A stretch of DNA of 64,000 bases from the NCBI GenBank assembly GCA_963575745.1, contig CAUYUJ010000299.1, positions 1 through 64,000 of the forward strand, in the 5' to 3' direction. Below are positions 26,953 through 44,642 of the stretch, one piece after another; position 1 is the stretch's first letter, and every line of letters starts with the position of its first letter. Below the pieces are notes generated by a model. The model had not been told where the DNA came from. It made no database searches and saw nothing but the letters and a program-made list of their open reading frames with translations. The stretch comes from Prorocentrum cordatum. Lineage: Eukaryota. The translations under genes were made by a program, and so were the position numbers.

Positions 26953-28347
26953 CGCGGCGACTGCGATGCTGGCGATGGCCTTGCCCTGCTGGTTGGTTGG
27001 TTCTTGAGGTTGGCACGGCGGGGAAATTGACCCTGGACTCGGGCCAAAGGCTGGCTGCGAGTGCGCCATCCAGAAAAGGCCCCCTCCCCCAGGTCCCCGA
27101 AGGGCCCGACAAGCCGCGGGGGGTGGGGGCCCTCGACCCCCCGCTCTCCGACGCTCGGGGCCAGAATCATGCGAGGCCCCAGGAGCAAGCCCCCCTGAAT
27201 CCAGCTCGGGCGCTCGAGGGCCCTGACAAAAGGACGGGGGGGGAGCAGGAGGAAGAGGGGGAGGGGGAGGAGGAGGAGCAGCAGGGGCAGTGGGGAAGGA
27301 GGAAGAGGAGGAGGGCGAGAATAGGGGCAGCGGGGAAGGAGACGAGGAGCAGGAGAAGGAGGACGAGAAGTAGGAGGGGGGCAAGAGCAGGCCAGGAAGG
27401 GTGCATCCACAGGCTCGCAGTGGCGGCGGCGGCGAGCTCGCGGCCCCAGGCGCCATGCTCGCCTGCGCCGCCCCAGAACTGCCCCGGGGAAGGGGGGGCC
27501 TGCGGGGGGAGGAAGGGGGGATGCAAGGCTTCGCTAGACATGAAAGGCCCGGGGGGGGGGGCCAGATGGCCGAGGTTGGAGGTTGGCGACAGTTCGATGT
27601 AGGCGTAGAGTTGCTGGGCGATTCGAACTCTTATGAAGTTATGATCGTTCGTTGGTTGCAGTGGCTTGCCTGATTGCCGGCGTTTTAATTGCTCCATGCT
27701 TGGCGTTGACTCTTGATTGTTGTTGCCAACGTTTTCAACAGATTGCACAGACTGTTCGCGCGTTGATTGCCGACGTTGAGCGTGGGTCCGCAGCGGCGCC
27801 GGCCCCAAAACCCACAAGGAGCAATCGGCATCGGCTGCATCAGTGGTCAGACAAGCACTGAGAACGGATGGCAGTCAGTCGAGGTCGCGCCCTAGCATAG
27901 AAGGCCGAGCGCCGCCACCCCATCTCACGTTCTCCCGATGCCCCTTTGCCGCCCCCTCAGTTCCACCCTGACTGCGCGGCGCCATCGGCTCATCAGCGAC
28001 GCATGGCAACAGCGAGAGGAGTCTAGGAATCGAAATGGGGGCCGAGGGTCCGAGAGGCACGAAGCGTTCACGCCCTCCGAACAAGCGGCAGCGGCGCAAG
28101 GCCGCAAACCCAAGGGCCCCCCTCTCGCACATTCGCGCTGGCCTGCTAGGAAAAGGCATACATTGCCAGGGATGCGACATCTATTCCAGAAAAAAAACTG
28201 CCAAGGAAGAAGCTCAAACTCCAGCGATTACAGCCTGCACACAGCCCCCGAACCCATCCTTGGGTCTTCAGGCCCCTGGACCCCGCGACTCTGATCTTGA
28301 TCCTGTCCTCCTCACCCCCCTCACGGCTGTGTCTCAAAGTCTGGCGA

Positions 28348-31130
<2,783 letters not shown>

Positions 31131-31682
31131 TGTCCTCGGCGTCGTCCTCGCTGGGAGGAAGGAGAGAAGAGTCTGCTTTCCGACGGCCTACCCTCGAGCC
31201 GTCGCGGCCCCCCTCCTCCCTTCTCACCCTCTTTATCCCTGGGCCCGCCACGAGAAAGTGCCAGGGTTCCCCGCGGGCCCCAAGAGGCCCCAAGATGCCC
31301 CCCAGGGGCCCTGTGGGGGCCCCGGGGTCCCCAGGAAGCTCCCAAGACCCCCAATCCTGCAGCAAGAAGTCCACCCGCTCCTGCAGCTCTTCCTCTCCAA
31401 CCACTTCAGTCGACTGCGCAGACCTGACCGGCGAGGCGACAGGCTCGTCGCCATGGCCTTCCTGGCCCTGGTTGCGCTGGTGGCGTTCGACGTCGAGGAT
31501 GGCCAGCAGGGGGACAGGGGCAGGCCAGGCAGGCGCTGGCGCTGGCGGGGCATTCACGCCGCCATCGACGCCGACGTCATCCCCTGCGCTGGCCGGCGTT
31601 GGCAAATCTGCGCAAGCCGCCGTCGTCGTTGCTGTCGCGGCTGTCGCAACTGCAGTTGGCAGCGGGATAGACGAGCCCATGT

Positions 31683-32051
31683 CAACTTAACCCAAACGAC
31701 GGACCCACCATTTGCCCGGATCATTCGTGGCTGTAATTCCCTGATGTCGCTGAAACGCCAAATCCAAGGATCGTGCTTACAAATGGCTGCCATGGTCTCG
31801 TCTGAGCACTGGTGCAAGTCGTAGCGCTTGCTGAAGTCCCCCCGAGAAACCTGGAAGCAGTTCTGAAACCTTGAAAGGTATCTAACGAACCATGCTGCGC
31901 CTTGGGATTTACCCGGATACTTGACGCCTGTCCCGCTCTGAACCAGGAAAACGAGCTCACCAGGCATCTTCCGACAAGCCGACCCCCGCACCTCGCAACT
32001 TTTGGTCGAACTGAACATGGAAATGCGCGGCTCTTTGATGAGCAGCCCCGG
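31683..32051 (-). CDS. ASCH (PUA-like) domain, probably an upstream exon of the C5 methyltransferase gene
   Basis: GLLIKEP....FSSTKSCEVRG..C...GELVFLVQSGT...G.A...HQC...WIWRFSDIRELQP...GSVVWVKL matches the ASCH consensus (L.I.qP, GxKxxExR, terminal G..W). Confidence 0.8.
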
Positions 32052-32689
32052 AGCATTCCGAGGAATCACAGGTTGCGGCGTCGCCAGCGCCAGCTGGGCC
32101 CCCTGGCTCGCAAGAACTGGCGTCGAAGAAGCTGCCCTGGAGCCCGGGCCCTCGTCCGAGGCCAAAGCCTTCGGTGACGGGAAAGCCCCCCATGCATGCC
32201 CTCGGGCCCTCGGCCCTCTTAAATGGCAAATCGTTCACGGGGGGGCGCCCAGGGCCAGGTCAAATCGAAGGGCTCAGACGACGGAGGAGTAAAGGGAGAG
32301 GCAGGGCGAAACGCTTGGGGACCCCAAACAATGGCGGCCTCTTGGATCCGAGCCCTCTTCGCCGGCGGCTGCTCTGAAATCTCGGACGGTGCAAACCAGC
32401 AAGATGAACAGTCGAAGTGCCGTTCCTTCCTAGGGTTGGAATCGTGGGCCTTGCTGGAAACGCGATCACTCGAGCCCTCCTTCAAGCTGCAGCGGCGGCA
32501 GCAGCAGCAAGCAGCAGTTCCCTGGGCCCTGGACAACGCCGCCAAACCGCCCGATGGCTGGCACCAACTCCCCCCGCTCCCCCCGAAATCGCCCCGAGCT
32601 CGCCGAGGACCACGAACGGCCTCGGCCCTCCTCGGCTCGGAGCCACCTCGTAAATCACCAGGGGGGAAGCCCGAATTACTTCCAAGGGC

Positions 32690-33170
32690 CCAGGGAGTGG
32701 GCCGGCTACCACTTCAAGGCCTCTAGACGGGGCCCTGGAACCACGCCCGCGCCCCCATGGGGAGCCCCGGGAGCATTTCCAGGCACCCCTGGGGGCCCCC
32801 GCAAGCAATTCCAGCCCCACCTGGGGGGCCCCGGAAGCACTTCCAGCCCCCCCGGGGAGGGCTGGAAGTGCTTCCAGCCCCCCACCCCCTGGGGGGGGGG
32901 GTCTGGAATTGCTTCCATTGCCCCCCGGGGGGGGTCTGAAAGCACTTCCAAGCCCCCCAGGGAGGGCCCTGGAAGCACTTCCAGGCCCCCCCGGGGGGGC
33001 CCTGGAGGCACTCACTTCCAGGCCCGCCAGGGGGGCCCTGGAGGCAATTCCAGCGTCCCCAGGTGCTCCTGGAAGCACTTCCAGCCCCCCCTGGGGGGGG
33101 GGGCGGACGCACTTCCAGGCGCCCTGGGATGCCCGCAATCATTTCCAGGCCCCCTGAGGGGCTTCAGAAC
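32690..33170. repeat. Array of about 30-35 bp units with palindromic core CTGGAAG-ca-CTTCCAG separated by C/G runs
   Basis: More than 10 copies of ctggaagcacttccag or variants. Confidence 0.85.
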
Positions 33171-33346
33171 CATCTTCACGCCATTGGCAGGCAGCCCGCA
33201 GATCTGAGTTTGGTCAGTCCATGCCTGCCGGTCCTCACTCTTCCCCCCCCCCTCCTCCTCCTCCTCCTCCTCCTCCTCCTCCTCCTCCTCCTCATCCTCC
33301 CTCCTCCTCCTCCTCCGCCTCCTCCTCCTCCTCATCCTCCTCCTCG

Positions 33347-33379
<33 letters not shown>

Positions 33380-34108
33380 TCCCCCTCCTCCTCCTCTTCC
33401 TCCTGCTTCTTCTCTTCTCTTCCTCCTCCTCCTCCTCATCGTCACCCTGGGCCGGCGCTCCCCCCCCCTCCTCCTCTTCCTCCCCCTCCCCCTCCCCCTC
33501 CTCCCCCTCCTCCTCCTCCTCCTCCTCCTCTGGGGGGGGGGGAGGTTGGGCAGCTCCAAACGCCGAAGAGAAAGCGGCGCCTGGCCGCGGGGGCGGCTGG
33601 CCACCCAGATTCCGCGGCAGCCCCACTTCAAGCAACAGTTGGCTCAAGAGGCCCCCCGGCCCAAGAGGCCCCCCGGCTCGGGGCCCCCGCCATGGGGCGC
33701 AACATAATAATTGCATGTAATGTGCTACGGGTTCTGTACTTTGTTTGTGATGTCATTCTTCTTGAATGGCGGTGGCAATTGTTACCATGTCTTCAGGGGG
33801 TGCCAATTGGCTTTGTTCGACGGTGCGAACTCTTCATGAGCGAGTTGCCTAACTGGAGCAGACCAGGCTGGGAACGGGGAAGACGAGCGCAATGGTGCTC
33901 CTAGCGCTCATGAGTGCCCTTCAAAGCGCCTCCCTCGAGAGCCTCGATCTTTCTCCTGCGTTCAGACGATGGGCGGGGGCCAGGGGGGCAATCCACATTC
34001 TTCAGACAGGGGAAGCGCACCACATGCAGACAAGAAGCCGAGAAGGTCCCAGGAAGGAAAACAGGCCCCATTCTGACAATCAGCCAGGGCCAGGGAATGA
34101 GGGAGAGA

Positions 34109-34211
<103 letters not shown>

Positions 34212-34258
34212 GGAGAGAGGAGAGAGAGAGAAGAGGGAGAGAGAGAGAGAGAGAGAGG

Positions 34259-34400
<142 letters not shown>

Positions 34401-35128
34401 ACAACAAATGACGATGAGAGAAAGTGCGAGTGCTTGCACGCGTTCGCGCGCTCTCTCAGGGATGAGAGGGCGTGGGCGAAGAAGAGCGACCGCCCCTCAG
34501 GACTTGGACATCGCCGAATTGATGAACTCTCAACGCGCCATGCTGCGCCAGGCGGGGGGGTGGGGGGGCACTGCAGGATGAGAAGCGGGGGGGGGGGGGG
34601 GAGGGGGGGGTACGGCGGCATATATTCACCTGTCCCGTGGTTTAACCCTCCCGCGGCCAGGCATCCTCTTGCCGTGCCCTCCAAATTTAAAGGTTCTCCT
34701 CAGCCCCCTGGTCGGCCCTCCTCATCATTTCATCCCCCCTCCTCTCATCCTTCCTCATATCCTCCAGAATCCTCCATCTCTTTTCCATCGCTGTCCCTTG
34801 ATGCTCCTCCTGCTGGCGCAGGCAACGCTGGCGCCGCGCCAAAGTTGACGTGCTCGGGTACCCCGTGGCCACGCTCGCGCCGATGATGCACGCGTGATCG
34901 TCGCAGTAAAGAACCTCCCTCCCTCCCTACCCAACGCATAATGGACGGGGTCTGGAAAGAAATTCCCGGGGCCGCCTGCAAGCCTGATGCCCCCGAGCCC
35001 CCTGGCCCCTGCCTCGAATGCTAATAGACCCCATTGGGGGCCCGTGGAGCCCCTGGGGCCCCCCTGGATCCCTCGCCGCGCACGCCCTGCTCGGCCCTGC
35101 CAAACCCCGCCCCTAGAACCTGGCAGAC

Positions 35129-37745
35129 CTAGGCATCGGCGCCCTCCGCCAAATCGAACTGGAAGGCGCGCGATGGGCATGCCGAGCGCGAGAACCCACT
35201 CGGAAGAATATCAAAAGCAGGTAGATCTTTCTGGATAATATCGAGCAGCCCCTTGACCTTCTGGCAACAACTCTTATGCCGCGGCAAAACGCAGATAGGG
35301 CACACGCGAGTCGGCTCAGCTACTGCCGCATCGTCGCCAAACAACATGGCATCCTCCACGTCCTCGGGCAAGGACTCCTGGCACAAGGCGCAAGTACTCA
35401 GGGTGTCTGCCATGTCTACGCGGAGCTCTCGCTGTGACTCCGCTGCCAGACAAGCCCCCCGCATGCTCTTTAAGCGCAGCGCTTCTGGAGGCACGTCAGC
35501 TCGGTCTCTACCCCTGCCCCTGGTCAGCTGTACGTCAATGGCCTTGTGAATGACCACGCAGCCTTCCTCGTGGCCGAAGTCCTCGTACTTCCGCGACATG
35601 ATAGCAGCCGTGGGCCACGCGCAACGCCCAGCCCGGATGTCGGAGCGAATGCCCCGTCTCCCGCCTGGGTCGACCCAATAGACCAGGTGGGCGCTGTTGT
35701 CTTTCAAGACCATGCCCAAGTCGTGCGGCCGTTCCAAGGTTCGACCGACTGGCAAATCATGGGCGTCCTGACACTGCTGGAGAGCCAGGCAGGAGATCTC
35801 GATTTCTCTGCTCCACCTGCCGCGGGCACGGCGCCCTGCCGCCTCGTCGTGCTCTGGCCTTGGAGGCCCAGGGTCAAGCCCCGGCTCTCCCCGAGGCTTA
35901 GCGCCCCCGTCGCCATCCTCCTTGCCGAAGGTCGCGCGGTGCAGGGCGGCCTCGTGGAATATCTGATCTAGGTCGGCGTCCTGAATGTCATCGAGCATAT
36001 CTGCAGTCACGAGGGACGCCCCCTTCGCCAAGTCAGCTCCGATCTCGCGCTCGATGTTCTCAGGGCCGCCCATGGCGTTCGACGCGCGACGCGCCTCCTC
36101 ATCAGCCCCCCACTTCTCCGACGTCTCCTGCCGGGCGGGGCGGCGGGGGCAGGGCAGGGGGGGGGGCGGGCGAGGCGACGAGGGAAACGCGGCGAAGGGC
36201 CCACCAGGGCCCCCTGGGCCCCAGGGCGCACTGAGCGTGGAAATTTGATTTGGCAGCGCTGCCAATCCTGCTTGTCCGCGTCTCGTGAATCCTCATAGCT
36301 AGTGTCGGGCATCCCAGACAGAGGGCCCCCCAAGAAAGATGCCCCCAGTGCTTCCAACAGAGACTCGTCCAAATCCTCCACGCTGCTCGCGCTGACAGCT
36401 GCCGCTTCAACCCTGCGGTGGGCGCTGTCGTCGCCGGGGCCCTCTGGGCCCTCGAAGTCCCCCTCGTCGGCGCCCCCCAAGGCGGCAGCAGGCGCCATCC
36501 TCTTGCGCGCCTTCCTCTCGCGGCGTTTCATCCTGAACAGCTCAAGCGCATAATCAAACCTCATTGCCAGGTGGAAGCCGTGGCGATCATCATGCTTAAA
36601 CGTCGCACTGTACAGGATCACTCGATATTCAAAAGGATGTTCTGCCGCTTCAAAGAGATAAGATTGCATGCCCCGGGATAAGTCAACTGAACTGACAAAC
36701 TGCAAGGGAACACAGAACTTGCAAACAAACTCTTCCTCACCCACTTCCGACTCCGCGACGACGCAAGTCTCCAGCGAGGCAAGCGAATAGTGTTTCTCCC
36801 ACACCATGCACAAATTGCCCCCAGGATGCGGCCCGCAAAAGAATTAGTCTTCCTGGCCGGGCAGAAAAAAGGAAGGATGCAAGGCCTCAGCTTTGCGAGT
36901 CGACGACCCCAGGACGTCCGCGCCCTCGCGAGGCATCGCGACATCGAGACATCCTGGCACGCGAAGGCGTGCTCGGACCTGTCCTCCTCATCCACCCTCT
37001 CCACCTCTCCTCCTCCTTCTCCTTCTCCCCGGTCCCCCCTCTTCCTGTTCCTCTTCCCCCCCCTTCCCCTCCCCCCATCCCCACCTCCTCCTCAGCCCCT
37101 TCCCCCTGATCTGTTGTCTTTGCCATCTCTCCTTTTGTCAATCCCAAATCACGTCAATTTGTCAATTCGCCCCGGCCCCCGCGACCCCCTGCCTCGCCAC
37201 CCTCTGCCCACGCATTCGACAGCCTCTGACGACGCCGACCAACAAGGGGGTGGCCCAGGGTCCTCGAGCACCAAGGCGAAGAAGAACACGTTGACAGCAG
37301 ACGGATACTTGGCGTATTTGCGGAGCATCAAAGAGTTTGCAATGGCCCATAGGTGGTCTGGCATGAGGCGAGACGCAAGCTCTGGGGCAGCGAACTGGTC
37401 AAGCTCTAGAAGCCTCTGCTTGGTGGGAAGCCCCTGGGCCGGGGGGGGCGTCGCCCAGCGATGCGAGTCTTGCGGGGCCTCTCCAGGGTCCCCAGAATTC
37501 AAGCATTCCTGAAGGACCTCCCCTGCGCCTTTCCTTAGCTTCGACCATTTCAATCCTGTTCCACCTGCGGCCTCATTCATTTTTTTTTCAAGTTGCATCT
37601 TACAGAGAGCAACTCCAAACCAATCCGACGCGCCTTTGTCCCGCTGCACCGAATCGACGTGTTATAGTTCTCACAGGCCCGCACGTCTGATTTCAAGTTC
37701 GTGCCGATGTGCTTGCAGATCGTATACAATACATTCCCAGTCTTG
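35129..37745 (-). pseudogene. 3' part of a large multi-exon gene, possibly transposase-like, ending in a PHD/RING-like Cys cluster
   Basis: Exons read LKSDVRACENYNTSIR...IGLELLSVRCNLKK; 37149-37649; 36007-36813; and 35129-36265 ending CALC..CPIC..HKSC. No start codon is visible before the TIR at 37841. Confidence 0.55.
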
Positions 37746-37840
37746 CTACCTCTCCCCCTCGCCCCTCTGCCCCGGCAGCCGTGGCACCCCCGAAACGGGG
37801 GCTTGCCTCTCTCCCCGGGCGACTCCCAAGCCAGCCTCCT

Positions 37841-37913
37841 CACCTAGACTCTCCCGGTGGCGTGTTTTGCGAGTTGTATGGCCACGGGGGCTCCGATGGC
37901 GTTCTGGGGCCTC
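37841..37913 (+). repeat. Left terminal inverted repeat
   Basis: cacctagactctcccggtggc...gccacgggggctccgatggcgttctggggcctc. Confidence 0.9.
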
Positions 37914-38024
37914 CAGTGACCCAAGACAATCGACGCCCACAACGCGACGCCGCGACCACGCGGCGCCGCGACAACGCGAGGCCGCGACAACACATGACGC
38001 GAAGCCACGACGCAGCGAAGCCGC

Positions 38025-39205
38025 GTCACCCGCGCGCGCGTGCGGAGTTCTGCATTGTTAACAATCGAAAAGTGGCCATGGTGGCATGGAAACTAAAGTG
38101 AACATTTACCGGTGACCGAAAGGATTTTGGGTGACCCGCGCGGTGGTGGGTCACCCGCGCGCGACATGTAATTCCAAAAACTGAATTTGAAATTTCTATG
38201 GCCTTTTAAGGAGGCCCACGAATGTGTCGACTTTTCTGTTGTGCACGAACTCGCCACGCGCGCGCGCGCGGAGTTCTGTATTGTTAACAATAGTAAATGC
38301 CGCCATGTAATTCCACAAACTGAATTTGAAATTTCTGTGGCCCTTTAAGGAGGCCGACGAATGCGCCGACCTTTCTGTTGTGGACAATACAGAACTCGGC
38401 ACGCACGCGCGTGCATTGTCGACAATGTCAATGCCGCCATGTAATTCCAGGACTGAATTTGAAATGTATGTGGCCCTTTAAGGAGGCCGACGAATGTGCC
38501 GGCTTTCCTGTTGTGGACAATACAGAACTCGGCACGCACGCGCGTGCATTGTCGACAATGTCAATGCCGCCATGTAATTCCAGGACTGAATTTGAAATGT
38601 ATGTGGCCCTTTAAGGAGGCCGACGAATGTGCCGGCTTTCCTGTTGCGGACAATGCAGAACTCGCCACGCGCGCGCGTGCGGAGTGCATTGATGACAATA
38701 TAGATGCCGCCATGCACTTCCAAAAACTGAATGAGAAATTTCTGTTGCCCTTTAAGGAGGCCGACCGGCGGGCCGATGGTGAGCAATACAGAACTCGCCA
38801 CACGCGCGCGGACGCGGACGCGCGCGCGCGCGCGGAGTCCAGTATTGCCGACAATTCAGTGATTGCGCTGCAGTTCCAAAAACTGAATTTGAAATTTCTG
38901 TAGCCCTTTAAGGAGGCCGACGGACGGGCTGACTATTCTGTTGTGCACAATACAAAATTCGCAACGCGCGCGTGCGGAGTTACATGTAATTCCAAACACT
39001 GAATTTGAAGTTTCTGTGGCCCGACGGACGGCCCGACGTGTTTGTTGTGGACAATACAGAACTCGCCACGCGCGCGCGCGTGCGGAGTTCTGTACTTGTC
39101 CACAGTAGAAAAACCGACATGTAGTTCTAAAAAACTATATTTGTTTTTTGTTGGGGGAGGCCTCAAGGGAGGCCGAGGTGACACGTCTCCCGCGCGCGGG
39201 TGACC
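38025..39205. repeat. Subterminal tandem array, about 8 units of mostly 133-140 bp, many with an internal hairpin
   Basis: catgtaattcca..actgaatttgaaat...ggccctttaaggaggccgac...acaatacagaactc recurs at about 38165, 38299, 38433, 38566, 38706, 38870, 38983 and 39118. Confidence 0.93.
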
Positions 39206-39535
39206 ATGCCGTCGTCGTCGTCGACCTCCTCCCCATGCATCATCATCCTTTTCCTGCCTTTCATCGTGCTTTACTGGCTATGATCCGCTTGCTCCTGCCG
39301 TATCCTCCTCCTTTTCCTGCTTCCCTCTCCTCATGCTCCTGGTGCCTTTGTTCCTCCTCCATCTCTTGCCTCCTCCTCCTCCTCCTATGTTACTAGCTAT
39401 GATGCTGGCTATGCTTCTCGCTATGTTACCCGCTATGCCACCCTTCGCCCGCGCGTTTCAGGTGCAATCCGAGAACGGGGCCCTGGCCTATAGGGAGCAC
39501 GTTGTGATGTGCAAGTGTGTCAGCCATCATCAGAG

Positions 39536-42757
<3,222 letters not shown>

Positions 42758-43299
42758 GTAGTATTTAATAAAAATAATATATACATAAAAATAATATAAT
42801 AAAATAAATACAAATAAAAAAATATAAAAACAAAATATAAAAATAATATTATATAAAATATAATTAAATAAAATAAAAATGTAGTATAAAATCCTCGACA
42901 GGATCGTCGGGCCCTTCAGCATCAAATAAGCTTCGCCGCCGCGGCTCGCGCCTGCGCCGGAGCGGGGGTTCGGCGGAGGGGAGGGGGGGGTGGGGCGGGG
43001 GGGGATAGGAGGAGAAGGAAGAGGAAGGAGGAGGGGGGAGATGAGGAACATGAGATGGGAGAAGAGAAGGAGGTGAAGGTGGAGGGGGAGGCGGAGGGAG
43101 GAGGAGGAGGAGGAGGACAAGGAGGAACAGGAGAGGATAAGGGAGAAAGTAGAGAGTGGTGCGGCTGTCCTCGGGCTGCGCAGCACAGGCAGCGTTAGAA
43201 GAGAGGGCGAGTCCTGCGGCGGGGCGGGGGCCGCGGCCCGGACATTTCCCATAGGGCCGAGCGTTCATCCGAAAAAAAAAAAAAAAAAACAAGCGGTGG

Positions 43300-43680
43300 A
43301 ATGCAGCGGAGGGCAGTTGAGGGCAGCGGAGAAGGTGGCGGAGAGGGCAGTGGAGAGGGCAGTGGAGAGGGCAGCGGAGAGGGCAGCGGAGAAGGCAGCG
43401 GAGAGGGCAGCGGGGGAAGGCGGGGCAAAGTGGGGAGGCAGCGCAGGGTAGTAGAGGGAAGCCATGGAGAAGGGGGCAGCGGAGAGGGCAGTGGAGGAGA
43501 GTGGAGGGCAGCCATGGAGCAGGGGGCAGTGGAGAGGGCATTGGAGACGGCAGTGGAGGGCAGCTACGGAGGAGGGGGCAGCGGAGAGGGCAGTTGAGGG
43601 CAGCGGGGCGCAGCGGAGAGGGCGGCGGAGGGCAGTGGAGGGCAGCCGTGGAGGAGGGGGCAGTGGAGGGCAGTGGAGGC
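43300..43680. repeat. 12-bp minisatellite (GGAGAGGGCAGY)n
   Basis: Directly visible; a short copy lies at about 54375-54425. Confidence 0.9.
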
Positions 43681-43771
43681 CATTTCAGTGGTGCAGCCTG
43701 GCAGTGCGGCATTATGTCTCATCCTCCTCCTCCTCCTCGCCCTCCTCCTCCTCCTCCTCCTCCTCACCCTC

Positions 43772-43803
<32 letters not shown>

Positions 43804-44642
43804 ACTCCTCCTCAGTCCCCTCCCCCTCCTTCTCCTCTTCCCCCGTCCCCTTTTGGGGTTCCGCCAATTAAACTCGGTGGGGGCCAGTCGCCTCCAGCCT
43901 AGATAGCGCGCGCGCGCGTCATGCAATCGGGGTGCTCCATCCTCTCCCTCTCCTCCTCCTCCTCCTCCTTCTCCTCCTCATCATCCTCCTCCCCAGCATC
44001 CTTCTCATCCTGGTCCTCCTTTCCGTATCCCACGCGCTCTAACACTGACCGAATGTCTCCATCATCTTGTCATATTGCCTTCTTATCCTTCTCGTCCCAC
44101 ACCCTCATCATACTTCCTCAAACCTCCTCCAATATCATCCTGCCTCCTCCTCCTCCTTCTCCTTGCCCTCATCCTCATCCTCCTCCGCTTACCTCCTCCT
44201 GCCCCCCCCCATCTCCTCCCACTTCATCACCCCTCTTTCACCTCCTCCTCCGCCGCCTCACCCCAGAGTCTAGCTAGACGTCGTATGGGTGCCCCAGCGC
44301 CCTGCGTTGGAGGCGACGCCTACTAGCCAGCAACGCGTGCAAATCGAACGCGTCGCTCGATTCGGCGTTGCACCCGACGGGCGGAGAAGGGGCGGTCGAG
44401 CGGGTCGAGGAGGGAGAGTAGCAAGAAAGCTAGCAGCGCCGGCGTTGCATGCAGGGCGACCCTCGGACGCACTACGCGGGCCACTCAAAAAACACGGGAG
44501 AGGTGTGGAATGGAATGTGCAGAGGAGATGTTTGGGAGTAGGTGGTAGTAGGCAGCAGGGGTAGGAGCATCCCGAGCCAGTGTAGTGTTGGCCCGCGCAG
44601 CTTTGAATTCATTCAGAATTGAGCGCTGACATCCCGATGCCC

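Noticed and set aside
38025..39205. CRISPR array
   Set aside because: Units are about 135-bp tandem repeats without unique spacers, there are no cas genes, and the context is eukaryotic.
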